Shown: positions 1 through 8,767 of the stretch, piece by piece
Numbering within the stretch: position 1 is the stretch's first letter
Layout: every line of letters starts with the position of its first letter
Source: Aliivibrio fischeri ES114
GTDB lineage: Bacteria; Pseudomonadota; Gammaproteobacteria; Enterobacterales; Vibrionaceae
Length of the DNA stretch: 32,000 nt
Strand: one strand, 5' to 3'
Assembly: GCF_000011805.1 (NCBI RefSeq)
Contig: NC_006840.2
Translations under genes and position numbers: made by a program
Notes under the pieces: generated by a model
Told to the model about the DNA's origin: nothing
The model's database searches: none
What the model saw: only the letters and a program-made list of their open reading frames with translations

Positions 1-494
1 ATGTTCATAAACGTGATGATTTTGAATACATTGATGGTGTATTTGAGGCTACGAAGAAACTCAAAGAAATGGGTTACCTATTAGTGTTGGTAACTAACCA
101 ATCAGGTATTGCTCGCGGTATGTTCACTGAAGATCAATTTGAAATTCTTACTGAGTGGATGGATTGGAACTTTGCTGATAATGGCGTTGACTTTGATGGC
201 ATCTATTATTGTCCTCATCACCCTGAAGCCACTGTTGAAAAATACAAAGAAGCATGTGATTGCCGTAAACCAAATCCAGGTATGTTAGTTTCTGCACAAC
301 GTTTCTTAGATATCGACATGGAAAATTCAATCATGATCGGTGATAAGAAAGAAGACATGATGGCAGCGCAAGCGGCTAGTGTTGGCACTCGTATTTTAGT
401 TCGAACTGGTAAGCCAGTAACTGAAGAAGGTGAAGCATTAGCAACTGCAGTTCTTGATAGTGTTGCAGATGTACCAAAGTTCTTGTCTGCTTAG
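1..494 (+). CDS. gmhB: D-glycero-beta-D-manno-heptose 1,7-bisphosphate 7-phosphatase, 5' end outside window
   Basis: Open reading frame continues from the left edge (frame starting at base 3: [39 protein letters not shown]). HAD-family features include TNQSGIARG, CxxCRKPxPGM and MIGDKKEDM. Confidence 0.9.
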   Translation, partial: VHKRDDFEYIDGVFEATKKLKEMGYLLVLVTNQSGIARGMFTEDQFEILTEWMDWNFADNGVDFDGIYYCPHHPEATVEKYKEACDCRKPNPGMLVSAQRFLDIDMENSIMIGDKKEDMMAAQAASVGTRILVRTGKPVTEEGEALATAVLDSVADVPKFLSA

Positions 495-521
495 CTAGAT
501 TTGTTAAAGAGAATATAAATG

Positions 522-553
522 AAACGCCTATAGAGAAATCTGTGGGCGTTTTT
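522..553 (+). terminator. Intrinsic terminator after gmhB
   Basis: AACGCCTATAG agaaat CTGTGGGCGTT stem (with G-U pairs) followed by a T run. Confidence 0.75.
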
Positions 554-709
554 TTATGTGTTAACAATGAATATGTTAGCGAGCGTTTTCTTTCTGTCTT
601 ATTTTTAAGATGAAAAAAGTGTATCTTTATTAGGCAAATTTGCCTAGAGTTGAGTATATAGATGGATTTTAAGTAATTCGATTAAGGGTTACAGATTAAG
701 GTGGTAGTT

Positions 710-877
710 ATGAATAAGCTTGATAAAGGTAAGAGTTTGCTTTTAGATAAACAGCAACCAAAAGCATTATGCCATCAAAAAGATCCTGTAGATGAAACGG
801 TTAATACGTGGGATCTGCTAACGGATGAACAACAACAAGATATACTTTCTCATTTAAGTGAAATTCCTTTTCAGTAA
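710..877 (+). CDS. Small hypothetical protein (55 aa), not in supplied ORF track
   Basis: ATG preceded by a good SD (AAGGTGG). Reads MNKLDKGKSLLLDKQQPKALCHQKDPVDETVNTWDLLTDEQQQDILSHLSEIPFQ then stop. Confidence 0.45.
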   Translation: MNKLDKGKSLLLDKQQPKALCHQKDPVDETVNTWDLLTDEQQQDILSHLSEIPFQ

Positions 878-1096
878 CAGCTTCGTTTAGAAACTCTCCT
901 TTTTATCAGTAGATAATTTAATCCAGTGAGGTTTAATTTGTGACACTTTCATAACAATTGTGTCAAAAACTCGCCTTTTACTTTCTAATCCCCGCACGAT
1001 TCTGCAAACTGTTAACTCAATTACATTATCAATGGTTGTCTTTGTAGTTACTTAACTATTGAACTAACTTAATAAAATTATTATAAAAATAAATAC

Positions 1097-1165
1097 AGTT
1101 CGGGCTAGAAATATAGCCTAACTCGTATTACGACAACGGAGTTTGTCGAAGGACATGGAGTACTG
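1097..1165 (+). promoter_or_regulatory. Structured 5' leader of the ABC transporter operon (three consecutive hairpins)
   Basis: AGTTcgGGCTAgaaataTAGCCtAACT (1097-1123), CGACAAcggagtTTGTCG (1131-1148) and GACAtggagtacTGTC (about 1153-1167), read directly from the sequence. Confidence 0.5.
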
Positions 1166-1171
1166 TCACGG

Positions 1172-2200
1172 ATGATATCTTACCTACTTAGGCGACTTTT
1201 ATTAGTTGTTCCTACCTTTATCGGTATTACTTTACTTATTTTTGCTCTTACTCGATTTGTTCCGGGTGGGCCAGTAGAGCGTATGCTACTAAGTCTACAA
1301 ATGCAGGGTGCTTCAGAAACGGGAGGCACAAGCAGTGTTACCGATGGTAATAACGCCTTATCAGAAGAGCAGATTGAAGAACTGAATGCGTTTTATGGCT
1401 TAGATAAGCCGGTGTTTGAAGCGTATTATGATTGGTTAACCAAATTGGTTGTTTTAGATTTGGGTGAGTCTACTCGTTATTATGAACCAGTTTGGGACAT
1501 GATAGCCGAACGTTTACCGGTTTCTCTCTTTTATGGAGGGATGACGTTTCTGCTCAGTTATCTCATATCCATTCCGCTTGGTTACTTAAAAGCGCTAAAA
1601 CACGGTTCTATCTTAGATTCGACTTCGTCAATTGCCATTTTTGTTGGTTTTGCTTTACCCGGTTATGTCATTGGGGTCTTTTTGATTAGCTTGTTCAGTT
1701 ATCAATTAGAGTGGTTTCCAATGGGCGGTTTTATTAGTGATGACTTTGATGATTTTGGTGCATTTGAACAAATCAAAGACATCATGTGGCATGCCATTCT
1801 TCCTCTCTTTTGTTATTTGATCGGTGACTTTGCCTTACTTACCATGACGATGAAAAATAATTTAATGGAGAACTTAGCGTCTGATTATGTTCGTACCGCG
1901 ATTGCTAAAGGATTGCCATTTAGAAAAGCAGTTCGTAAACACGCATTGCGTAATAGTTTAATTCCTGTTGCGAGTCATTTTGGTAATTCGTTAATGTTTT
2001 TTATGACGGGTTCATTCTTAATTGAGGTTATTTTTAATATTGATGGCATTGGGTTGCTTGGATACGAAGCCATTATGGAGCGTGATTATCCTGTTGTAAT
2101 GGGATTGTTTGCGATTAATGCCATGATGTTAATGATAGGCAATATTTTGTCTGATGTGTGTGTTGCTGTGGTGGATCCACGCGTGAAGTTTGGAGCCTAG
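1172..2200 (+). CDS. Peptide-type ABC transporter permease (DppB/YejB-like)
   Basis: MISYLLRRLLLVVPTFIGITLLIFALTRFVPGGPVE N-terminus typical of OppB/DppB-family permeases, plus multiple TM segments. Confidence 0.9.
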   Translation: MISYLLRRLLLVVPTFIGITLLIFALTRFVPGGPVERMLLSLQMQGASETGGTSSVTDGNNALSEEQIEELNAFYGLDKPVFEAYYDWLTKLVVLDLGESTRYYEPVWDMIAERLPVSLFYGGMTFLLSYLISIPLGYLKALKHGSILDSTSSIAIFVGFALPGYVIGVFLISLFSYQLEWFPMGGFISDDFDDFGAFEQIKDIMWHAILPLFCYLIGDFALLTMTMKNNLMENLASDYVRTAIAKGLPFRKAVRKHALRNSLIPVASHFGNSLMFFMTGSFLIEVIFNIDGIGLLGYEAIMERDYPVVMGLFAINAMMLMIGNILSDVCVAVVDPRVKFGA

Positions 2201-2202
2201 TT

Positions 2203-3255
2203 ATGACATTATCATTCAATTTAAGTCCATTAACGCAAAAGAAAATCCAACGTTTTAAAGGGATCAAAAGAGGTTATTGGTCATTCTTAATTTTATCAGC
2301 TTTATTGGTTCTTTCTATTTTTGCAGAGATGTTTGTCAATAGCCGTGCTTTATTGGTGAGTTACCAAGGTGAATGGCATTTTCCAACTTATACCGATATG
2401 AAGCCGGGAAATACCTTTGGTCTTGATTACGTCCATGAGACCAACTATCGAGATTTGAAAGTTAAATTTGAACAAGAGGGGGAAGGGAATTTCGTTATCA
2501 TGCCCATTATTCCTTGGAACCCTTATGAACAGGATTTTTCAGGGGATTTTCCTCCTACTGAGCCCAGTTTTGAAGGACAACATTATTTAGGCACCGATAC
2601 CATAGGTCGAGATATTGTATCTCGCTTGGTTTATGGCTTTCGGATTGCTATGGGCTTTGCCTTAATTACTTTGGCAATATCTTACGCCATTGGTGTTTCT
2701 GTTGGTTGTGCAATGGGGTTCTTTGGTGGGAAGTTTGATTTGTTTTTTCAACGCTTTATCGAAATTTGGTCTATGGTGCCTTTCTTATATGTCATCATGA
2801 TCTTAGTCTCTATCATGAAGCCAAGTTTTATGCTCTTTACCTTAATCAATGTCATGTTTGGCTGGATGGGGATGACATGGTATATGCGAACCATGACTTA
2901 TAAAGAGAAAGCTCGGGAATATGTGATGGCAGCTAAAGCATTAGGTGCATCAAATACACGAATTTTGTTCCATCATATCTTGCCAAACACCATGGTAATG
3001 ATTGTTACCTTAGCGCCATTTACCATTGTCGCCAATATCACTGCCCTTACTGCTTTGGATTATTTGGGACTAGGTTTAATGCCACCGACACCAAGTTGGG
3101 GTGAACTATTGCAACAAGGAAAATCAAATTTAGATTCACCATGGATAGCGAGTTCGGTTGTGACGGCAATTGTCACCGTATTAATCATGGTGACGTTTAT
3201 TGGGGAAGGGATCCGTGAGGCATTCGATCCAAAAAAACACACAAGATATGTTTAA
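2203..3255 (+). CDS. Peptide-type ABC transporter permease (DppC/YejE-like)
   Basis: HYLGTDTIGRDIVSRLVYGFRIAMGFAL and EKAREYVMAAKALGASNTRILFHHILPNT are OppC-family signatures. The ORF-track start at 2158 overlaps the upstream gene; ATG at 2203 (MTLSFNLSPLTQKK) is more likely. Confidence 0.9.
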   Translation: MTLSFNLSPLTQKKIQRFKGIKRGYWSFLILSALLVLSIFAEMFVNSRALLVSYQGEWHFPTYTDMKPGNTFGLDYVHETNYRDLKVKFEQEGEGNFVIMPIIPWNPYEQDFSGDFPPTEPSFEGQHYLGTDTIGRDIVSRLVYGFRIAMGFALITLAISYAIGVSVGCAMGFFGGKFDLFFQRFIEIWSMVPFLYVIMILVSIMKPSFMLFTLINVMFGWMGMTWYMRTMTYKEKAREYVMAAKALGASNTRILFHHILPNTMVMIVTLAPFTIVANITALTALDYLGLGLMPPTPSWGELLQQGKSNLDSPWIASSVVTAIVTVLIMVTFIGEGIREAFDPKKHTRYV

Positions 3256-3324
3256 TACCAATCACAGTAAGTAAGTGAGCATTTTAGCAAACTAGAGAGA
3301 GCAGTGATTTACTACGATTGGTAT
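3255..3324. repeat. MITE-like or intergenic palindromic repeat with ATACCAATC/GATTGGTAT terminal inverted repeats
   Basis: ATACCAATCACAGTAAGTAAGTGAG ... CAGTGATTTACTACGATTGGTAT. The two ends are imperfect inverted repeats over about 24 bp. Confidence 0.6.
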
Positions 3325-3363
3325 CATACCTATCGAAAATAAATAATAAGAAAGGAATCGATG

Positions 3364-5202
3364 ATGAAAAAAGGACTGACAACATTAGCGGTATCAATCG
3401 CTGCATTATTTAGCTTTCAAGCGTTATCTGCTGATTTACCCAATAATCTAGAGTGGGAAACGAATGATTCAGCACCGACATTTGCATCACCAAAAGCGAC
3501 CTTTGGTGGGACGTTTCGAACTTATACGTTGAGTTTTCCTCAAACGTTTCGAACGGTAGGGCCGGACTCTAATGGCTCCTTTCGATCGTGGATATTACAA
3601 GCCAACTTACCGCCATTAATTAAGCACCCAAACACCAATGAATGGTTGCCTGGATTAGCTCAATCTTGGGCGTTTGGTGATGATAACAAAACCGTTTATT
3701 TTAAGTTAAACCCTAAAGCCACATGGAGTGATGGCAAACCGGTTACTGCAGACGACTATCAGTTTATGCTTAAACTGATGCGTTCAAAAGATATTGTTGC
3801 TCCTTGGTATAACGACTTTTTTACCAATGAAATTGCAGATGTGATCTCTTTTAATAAATATACGATAGCGGTGGTTTCTGCAAAAGCCCGTAACCGAGAT
3901 GAACTAATTGAATATACAAACTTAATGCCACGTCCTGCCCATTTTTATGGCAAGCCGAAAGTCGATAAAAATAACGACGGTATTGATGATAAGTTTGTTC
4001 GTAAATACAACTTCAAACCAGAGCCGGTGACTGGGCCTTATTACATCGACAAGATTAAAAAAGGCAAAAACATTGCGTTTAAACACGTCGGTGAGGATTG
4101 GTGGGGGTATGAAAATAAATACAATCAACATCGTTTTAATGTCGAAAAAATTAATATTAAAGTGATCCGTGATGCGGACATTGCGCTTAAACATTTTGAA
4201 AAAGGCAATTTAGATTCGTTTGATTTAGTGCGACCTGATTTGTGGCATGAGAAATCAGATGGTAAAAATTATCAGAATGGATACATACAAAAAGCTTGGG
4301 TATATAACCAAGCTGCGGTTGGTGCAGGAGGGCTTTGGTTAAATACGGCAAAACCGATGTTAGATGATATTAATGTTCGTAAAGGCATTATGTATGCAAC
4401 GGATTTTGACATGATGATTGCTAAGGTTTTACGTAATGATTATTCACGTAAACCAAATGGTATGGGCTTTGGTCACCCGGGTTACGATAATACCGACATA
4501 AAAGCGCCTAAGTTTGATGCTAAAAAAGCCATTGAGTATTTTGAAAAGGCAGGGTTTAGCAAAGTAGGCTCTGACGGTATCCGTACCAATGATAAAGGAG
4601 AGCGCTTGAGTTTTGCGGTTACCTATTCACAGCAGTCATTCACTCCTCGAGTTGCGGTATTAAAAGAACAGGCAAAATTAGCGGGTTTAGATTTTGAACT
4701 TAATCTGATTGATGGCTCTAGTATGTTTAAATACGTACTTGAGAAAAAACACGATATTTCTTTCCATAATATGGGGACGGGAGACATTCCTGCCTATTGG
4801 GAATATTTCCATTCAGATAATGCCAATAAGCCACAAACCAATCATTTCACCAACTTCACATCACCAGAGTTAGATGGGTTGATCGACTCATTTAAAAGTG
4901 AATTCGACATTGAGAAAAAACGCGCGCTTTCTCGTGAGATCCAACAAGTGATTGCCGATGCTAATGTTATTGTTCCTGGTTATATGGTGCCTTACGCTCG
5001 CGCTGGTTTTTGGCGCTGGATGAAGTTACCAGAGCAAATGGCAACGAAGCAGACCGGTTATCTGTTTCACGGTTGGGGTTTTGCTCAAACCTTCAGTACG
5101 TTCTGGATTGATGAAGAGATAAAGAAAGAAACAAAAGCGGCAATGAAGTCGGGTAAAACGTTTGAACCCGTTACGATTATCGATGATACCTATAAATTAT
5201 AG
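3364..5202 (+). CDS. Periplasmic extracellular solute-binding protein, family 5 (peptide/oligosaccharide-type)
   Basis: Signal peptide MKKGLTTLAVSIAALFSFQALSA; SBP_bac_5 features including WLPGLAQSWAFGDDNKTVYFKLNPKATWSDGKPVTADDYQF. Confidence 0.9.
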   Translation: MKKGLTTLAVSIAALFSFQALSADLPNNLEWETNDSAPTFASPKATFGGTFRTYTLSFPQTFRTVGPDSNGSFRSWILQANLPPLIKHPNTNEWLPGLAQSWAFGDDNKTVYFKLNPKATWSDGKPVTADDYQFMLKLMRSKDIVAPWYNDFFTNEIADVISFNKYTIAVVSAKARNRDELIEYTNLMPRPAHFYGKPKVDKNNDGIDDKFVRKYNFKPEPVTGPYYIDKIKKGKNIAFKHVGEDWWGYENKYNQHRFNVEKINIKVIRDADIALKHFEKGNLDSFDLVRPDLWHEKSDGKNYQNGYIQKAWVYNQAAVGAGGLWLNTAKPMLDDINVRKGIMYATDFDMMIAKVLRNDYSRKPNGMGFGHPGYDNTDIKAPKFDAKKAIEYFEKAGFSKVGSDGIRTNDKGERLSFAVTYSQQSFTPRVAVLKEQAKLAGLDFELNLIDGSSMFKYVLEKKHDISFHNMGTGDIPAYWEYFHSDNANKPQTNHFTNFTSPELDGLIDSFKSEFDIEKKRALSREIQQVIADANVIVPGYMVPYARAGFWRWMKLPEQMATKQTGYLFHGWGFAQTFSTFWIDEEIKKETKAAMKSGKTFEPVTIIDDTYKL

Positions 5203-5236
5203 AGATATCAGTACGTATTGATAGCCAGTAATAAAG

Positions 5237-5258
5237 ACTAGGCGAGGGATCGCCTAGT
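5237..5258 (+). other. Intercistronic stem-loop without a T-tract
   Basis: ACTAGGCG agggat CGCCTAGT between the solute-binding protein and ATPase genes. Confidence 0.6.
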
Positions 5259-5289
5259 GTAAATAATAATAAAAATAGCGAAGAAGCAT

Positions 5290-6294
5290 ATGGATAGAGA
5301 AATTGTTTTATCAGTGGAAAATGTAGTCACTGAATTTCAAACGGATGAGGGAACGGTGAGGGTGCTTGATGGTGTCAGTTTTCAAGTCCCAAAAGGAAAA
5401 ACCATTGGCATTGTTGGTGAATCGGGATGCGGAAAAAGTGTTACCTCAATGTCTATTATGGGGTTATTGCCTAAACCTTATGGCAATGTCGTCAGTGGGC
5501 GGATCTTGTATGGAGATACGGATTTAATTCAACTAAGTCCTGACAAATTATATGAAATGCGTGGTAACCGTATCTCTATGATTTTTCAAGATCCAATGAC
5601 AGCACTTAATCCTGTTCATACTATAGGGAAACAAATTAATGAGGTGTTAGAACTTCATCGTCCGGATTTTGATAAAAAACAGCGCCTTGCTTATTCTTTA
5701 GAAATGCTTGAAAAAGTGGGGATCCCATCGCCTGAATCACGTCTTCATGAATATCCTCATAATTTATCTGGTGGTATGCGTCAACGAGTCATGATTGCGA
5801 TAGCGTTGGCTTGTGAGCCTGATATTTTGATTTGTGATGAGCCAACCACGGCGTTAGACGTTACGATTCAAGCACAAATTTTAGAGTTAATGAAAAAACT
5901 TCAAGATGAAACGGGTATGTCGATCATTTTTATTACCCATGATCTTGGCGTTGTCGCTGAAATTTGTGATGAAGTGGTCGTGATGTATGCAGGACGTGTC
6001 GCTGAACAAGCGGGGATCTTTGAATTATTTGATAACCCTAAACACCCTTATACACAAGGTTTGATGGCATCAATGCCGAGCTTACATTTAAAACCAAAAA
6101 CCGAGTTAGATACCATTCCTGGAACCGTCCCTTCTTTAAATGAAATGCCTAGTGGTTGCCGTTTCTCAACGCGTTGTAAATACAAGCAGGATAAGTGCGA
6201 GGTAGAGGTGCCCCCCATGAACCAAGTAGGGGCATTACATCAAGTAAGTTGTCATTTTAGTGAAGCATTAATCAGTAATGAGGAGGCAAAATGA
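5290..6294 (+). CDS. Peptide-type ABC transporter ATP-binding protein (DppD/OppD-like)
   Basis: Walker A GESGCGKS, signature LSGGMRQR, Walker B LICDEPTTALD, oligopeptide C-terminal Cys-containing motif [15 protein letters not shown]. Confidence 0.93.
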   Translation: MDREIVLSVENVVTEFQTDEGTVRVLDGVSFQVPKGKTIGIVGESGCGKSVTSMSIMGLLPKPYGNVVSGRILYGDTDLIQLSPDKLYEMRGNRISMIFQDPMTALNPVHTIGKQINEVLELHRPDFDKKQRLAYSLEMLEKVGIPSPESRLHEYPHNLSGGMRQRVMIAIALACEPDILICDEPTTALDVTIQAQILELMKKLQDETGMSIIFITHDLGVVAEICDEVVVMYAGRVAEQAGIFELFDNPKHPYTQGLMASMPSLHLKPKTELDTIPGTVPSLNEMPSGCRFSTRCKYKQDKCEVEVPPMNQVGALHQVSCHFSEALISNEEAK

Positions 6295-7259
6295 GTGAAT
6301 TATTACGAGTTGATGATCTGAAATTACACTTTAATTCGGGAAAAGGGATTTTTAATAAAGGTTACGTCGTTCATGCCGTTGATGGGGTGTCATTAAGTGT
6401 GAATAAGGGGGAAACCTTAGGTTTAGTTGGTGAATCTGGCTGTGGTAAAAGCACGCTAGGCCGTAGTTTGCTTAAATTATTTGAACCAACAGCTGGGCGT
6501 ATTTTTTTTGAAGGAAAAGACATTACTCATCTAGCTCATAAAGAGATGCGCTCATTGCGTCAAGAAATGCAGATCATTTTTCAAGATCCAACCGAATCAC
6601 TAAACCCTCGCCATACAATAGAAATGATACTAGAAGAACCGTTTGTTATTCATGATGTAGGAACAAAGGAAGAGCGAAAGCTGTGGGTGGAAGAGTTACT
6701 GATTAAAGTAGGATTACCACCAAGTGCCGCTACTCGATATCCTCATGAGTTTTCAGGTGGGCAAAAACAGCGTATTGGTATCGCCAGAGCGATTGCACTA
6801 AAACCTAAATTGATCGTGTGTGATGAATCGGTTTCTGCATTGGATGTCTCTGTTCAAGCGCAAATTGTTAATTTATTACTCGATTTACAAAAAGAGATGA
6901 ATCTGGCGTTAATTTTTATTGCTCATGATTTATCTGTGGTAAAGCACATTTCAGATAAAGTTGCGGTGATGTATTTAGGTAAGATTGTTGAATATGGTGA
7001 TTCAGAGGCACTTTATCATTCACCCAAACATCCTTATACCAAGGCATTATTATCCGCTATTCCTGTGTCACATCCTAAGTTTCGAGGGAAAGAAAGGATT
7101 ATATTAAAAGGCGATGTACCTTCTCCAATTAATCCACCAAAGGGATGTCGTTTTTCAACTCGTTGTCCAAAAGCGGAAGAAGCGTGTTTTCGTGATGAGC
7201 CCAAAAGACAATTGCTTGATAATAATGCGCATGAAGTGGCTTGCCATTTATATAAATAA
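6291..7259 (+). CDS. Peptide-type ABC transporter ATP-binding protein (DppF/OppF-like)
   Basis: Walker A GESGCGKS, signature FSGGQKQR, Walker [13 protein letters not shown]. Start overlaps the previous stop (ATGA). Confidence 0.93.
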   Translation: MSELLRVDDLKLHFNSGKGIFNKGYVVHAVDGVSLSVNKGETLGLVGESGCGKSTLGRSLLKLFEPTAGRIFFEGKDITHLAHKEMRSLRQEMQIIFQDPTESLNPRHTIEMILEEPFVIHDVGTKEERKLWVEELLIKVGLPPSAATRYPHEFSGGQKQRIGIARAIALKPKLIVCDESVSALDVSVQAQIVNLLLDLQKEMNLALIFIAHDLSVVKHISDKVAVMYLGKIVEYGDSEALYHSPKHPYTKALLSAIPVSHPKFRGKERIILKGDVPSPINPPKGCRFSTRCPKAEEACFRDEPKRQLLDNNAHEVACHLYK

Positions 7260-7336
7260 ATATCTTTTTTGAAACATCTTAATGGCTCTGTTTTATCCTA
7301 TAGTTACAAGGTTAGAATTAACATAGGTTTAAAAGA

Positions 7337-7666
7337 ATGAAGAGATTATTGGTATTGGCTATTTTTGGCATTCTTGGCGGTTGTTCTTCAACAGCGACAC
7401 CTGATATGGGCTCGGCGAAACCAGTTCATTATGAATGTGAAGCGGGAAGAAATTTTGATATTACGTTCAATAATGATGATGCGTTGTTAACACTTCCAAA
7501 AGAGGAATACGTATTAAAGCGTGCCGTATCTGCATCAGGAATGAAGTATGTATTAAATGATGGTATGCCCGATGTTAGCTCTGCAATTGTATTTCATGGA
7601 AAAGGTGATGAAGCGATGTTAGAGCTTGGTCGAGTTGTTTTGAAAAACTGTGCTGTTTCAGAGTAA
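7337..7666 (+). CDS. MliC-like putative C-type lysozyme inhibitor lipoprotein
   Basis: Lipobox LGGCSS. YECEAGRNFDITFNNDDALLTLPKEEYVLKRAVSASGMKYV and FHGKGDEAML resemble the MliC domain pattern. Confidence 0.65.
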   Translation: MKRLLVLAIFGILGGCSSTATPDMGSAKPVHYECEAGRNFDITFNNDDALLTLPKEEYVLKRAVSASGMKYVLNDGMPDVSSAIVFHGKGDEAMLELGRVVLKNCAVSE

Positions 7667-7718
7667 TACTAATTTAAGTAAATAGTCAGATATTTTGTAG
7701 AAAATAGATTAGATAAAA

Positions 7719-7747
7719 ATGCCCATACATTCATTTGCATGGGCATT
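7719..7747. terminator. Bidirectional intrinsic terminator between convergent genes
   Basis: AATGCCCAT ... ATGGGCATT inverted repeat flanked by A-rich and T-rich sequence. Confidence 0.7.
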
Positions 7748-7759
7748 ATTGTATTTAGC

Positions 7760-8377
7760 TTAAGAGCCGTAGGTAACAATATAACGAGTTGGCTTGTGGT
7801 TCATTGCCAATACAATATTGAGAACAACGGCACCTAATACTGAAACGAGGAGTAACCATGGAGTGATAAAGAAAAACGAAGCAGTTAAAATACAGCAGTC
7901 AATGGCCATTTGAACTTTACCTACAGAGATCCCGAATTTCTCTTGAATAAACAGACATAGCACATTGAAGCCACCTAGACTTGAGCGGTGTCTAAATAGA
8001 ATCAACATACCTAACCCCATCAATAGCCCACCAGCAACGGCACAGTAAATATCATTGATATGATCCACTGAAATCATCATATTTAAATGATCTGTCATGA
8101 TAGAAACAAGCGCCCCAGAAATTAAACTGGTTAATGCGAAACGTTTTCCAAAGCGTTGCCAAGCCAGTGCATAAAAAGGCAAGTTACATAGAAAATAAAG
8201 AATACCAAAGCTGATGCCACTCATTTGGCTAATTAATAAAGCTAGTCCTGTTGTTCCGCCAGTCAGTAAGTGTGCGGCTTGTAAAAAGAAAATCCCTTGT
8301 GATACTAAAAAAGTGCCTGTCAAAATAGCGATCACATCTTCTTTATGTGAATGTTTTATTTTTTCCACAGTGTGCAA
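7760..8377 (-). CDS. YitT-family membrane protein
   Basis: About 205 aa multi-TM protein with GGTTGLALLISQMSGISFGILYFLCNLPFYALAWQRFGKRF, typical of YitT/DUF161. Confidence 0.8.
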   Translation of the reverse strand: MHTVEKIKHSHKEDVIAILTGTFLVSQGIFFLQAAHLLTGGTTGLALLISQMSGISFGILYFLCNLPFYALAWQRFGKRFALTSLISGALVSIMTDHLNMMISVDHINDIYCAVAGGLLMGLGMLILFRHRSSLGGFNVLCLFIQEKFGISVGKVQMAIDCCILTASFFFITPWLLLVSVLGAVVLNIVLAMNHKPTRYIVTYGS

Positions 8378-8703
8378 TACCTTGCGACGAACATAATGAT
8401 GGTCGCTAGGATAGAGTGAATCGGAATTTATGCAATTAGCTAGACGTAAATAAATAGAGGGTTTGTAGTAAAGCCTTTACAGAGTGTAAAGCAAAAAAAT
8501 TGACATATATAACAATATTAAAATGTCATACCTCTGTTTTCGTTCATGCAATTATTTGAATAACTAGCTATTTATATTGATGATTATGAATATATTTCAT
8601 GTTGATAATGAGTAATCCGCAACAAAAATAACAAATTAATATGCAATTTAGGGTATCTGATCCAGATCAAATTATGTAGAATACATTGCAGTTAAGACTG
8701 GTG

Positions 8704-8719
8704 ACGTAAACGTTTGCGT
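8704..8719. promoter_or_regulatory. Putative PurR operator upstream of glyA
   Basis: ACGTAAACGTTTGCGT, a near-match to the PurR consensus ACGCAAACGTTTNCGT. It sits about 50 bp upstream of the glyA ATG. Confidence 0.8.
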
Positions 8720-8767
8720 CATTGGGCTATTTTTGGGTTTTATATTTATCTGAGTCAGGAGATACAG

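Noticed and set aside
8214-8396. 60-aa plus-strand ORF opposite the YitT-family gene
   Set aside because: Antisense to a multi-TM protein gene; no SD or conserved features seen.
8714-8767. N-terminal extension of glyA from TTG
   Set aside because: The extension lies in the PurR operator/5'UTR. ATG at 8768 with SD matches known SHMT N-termini.
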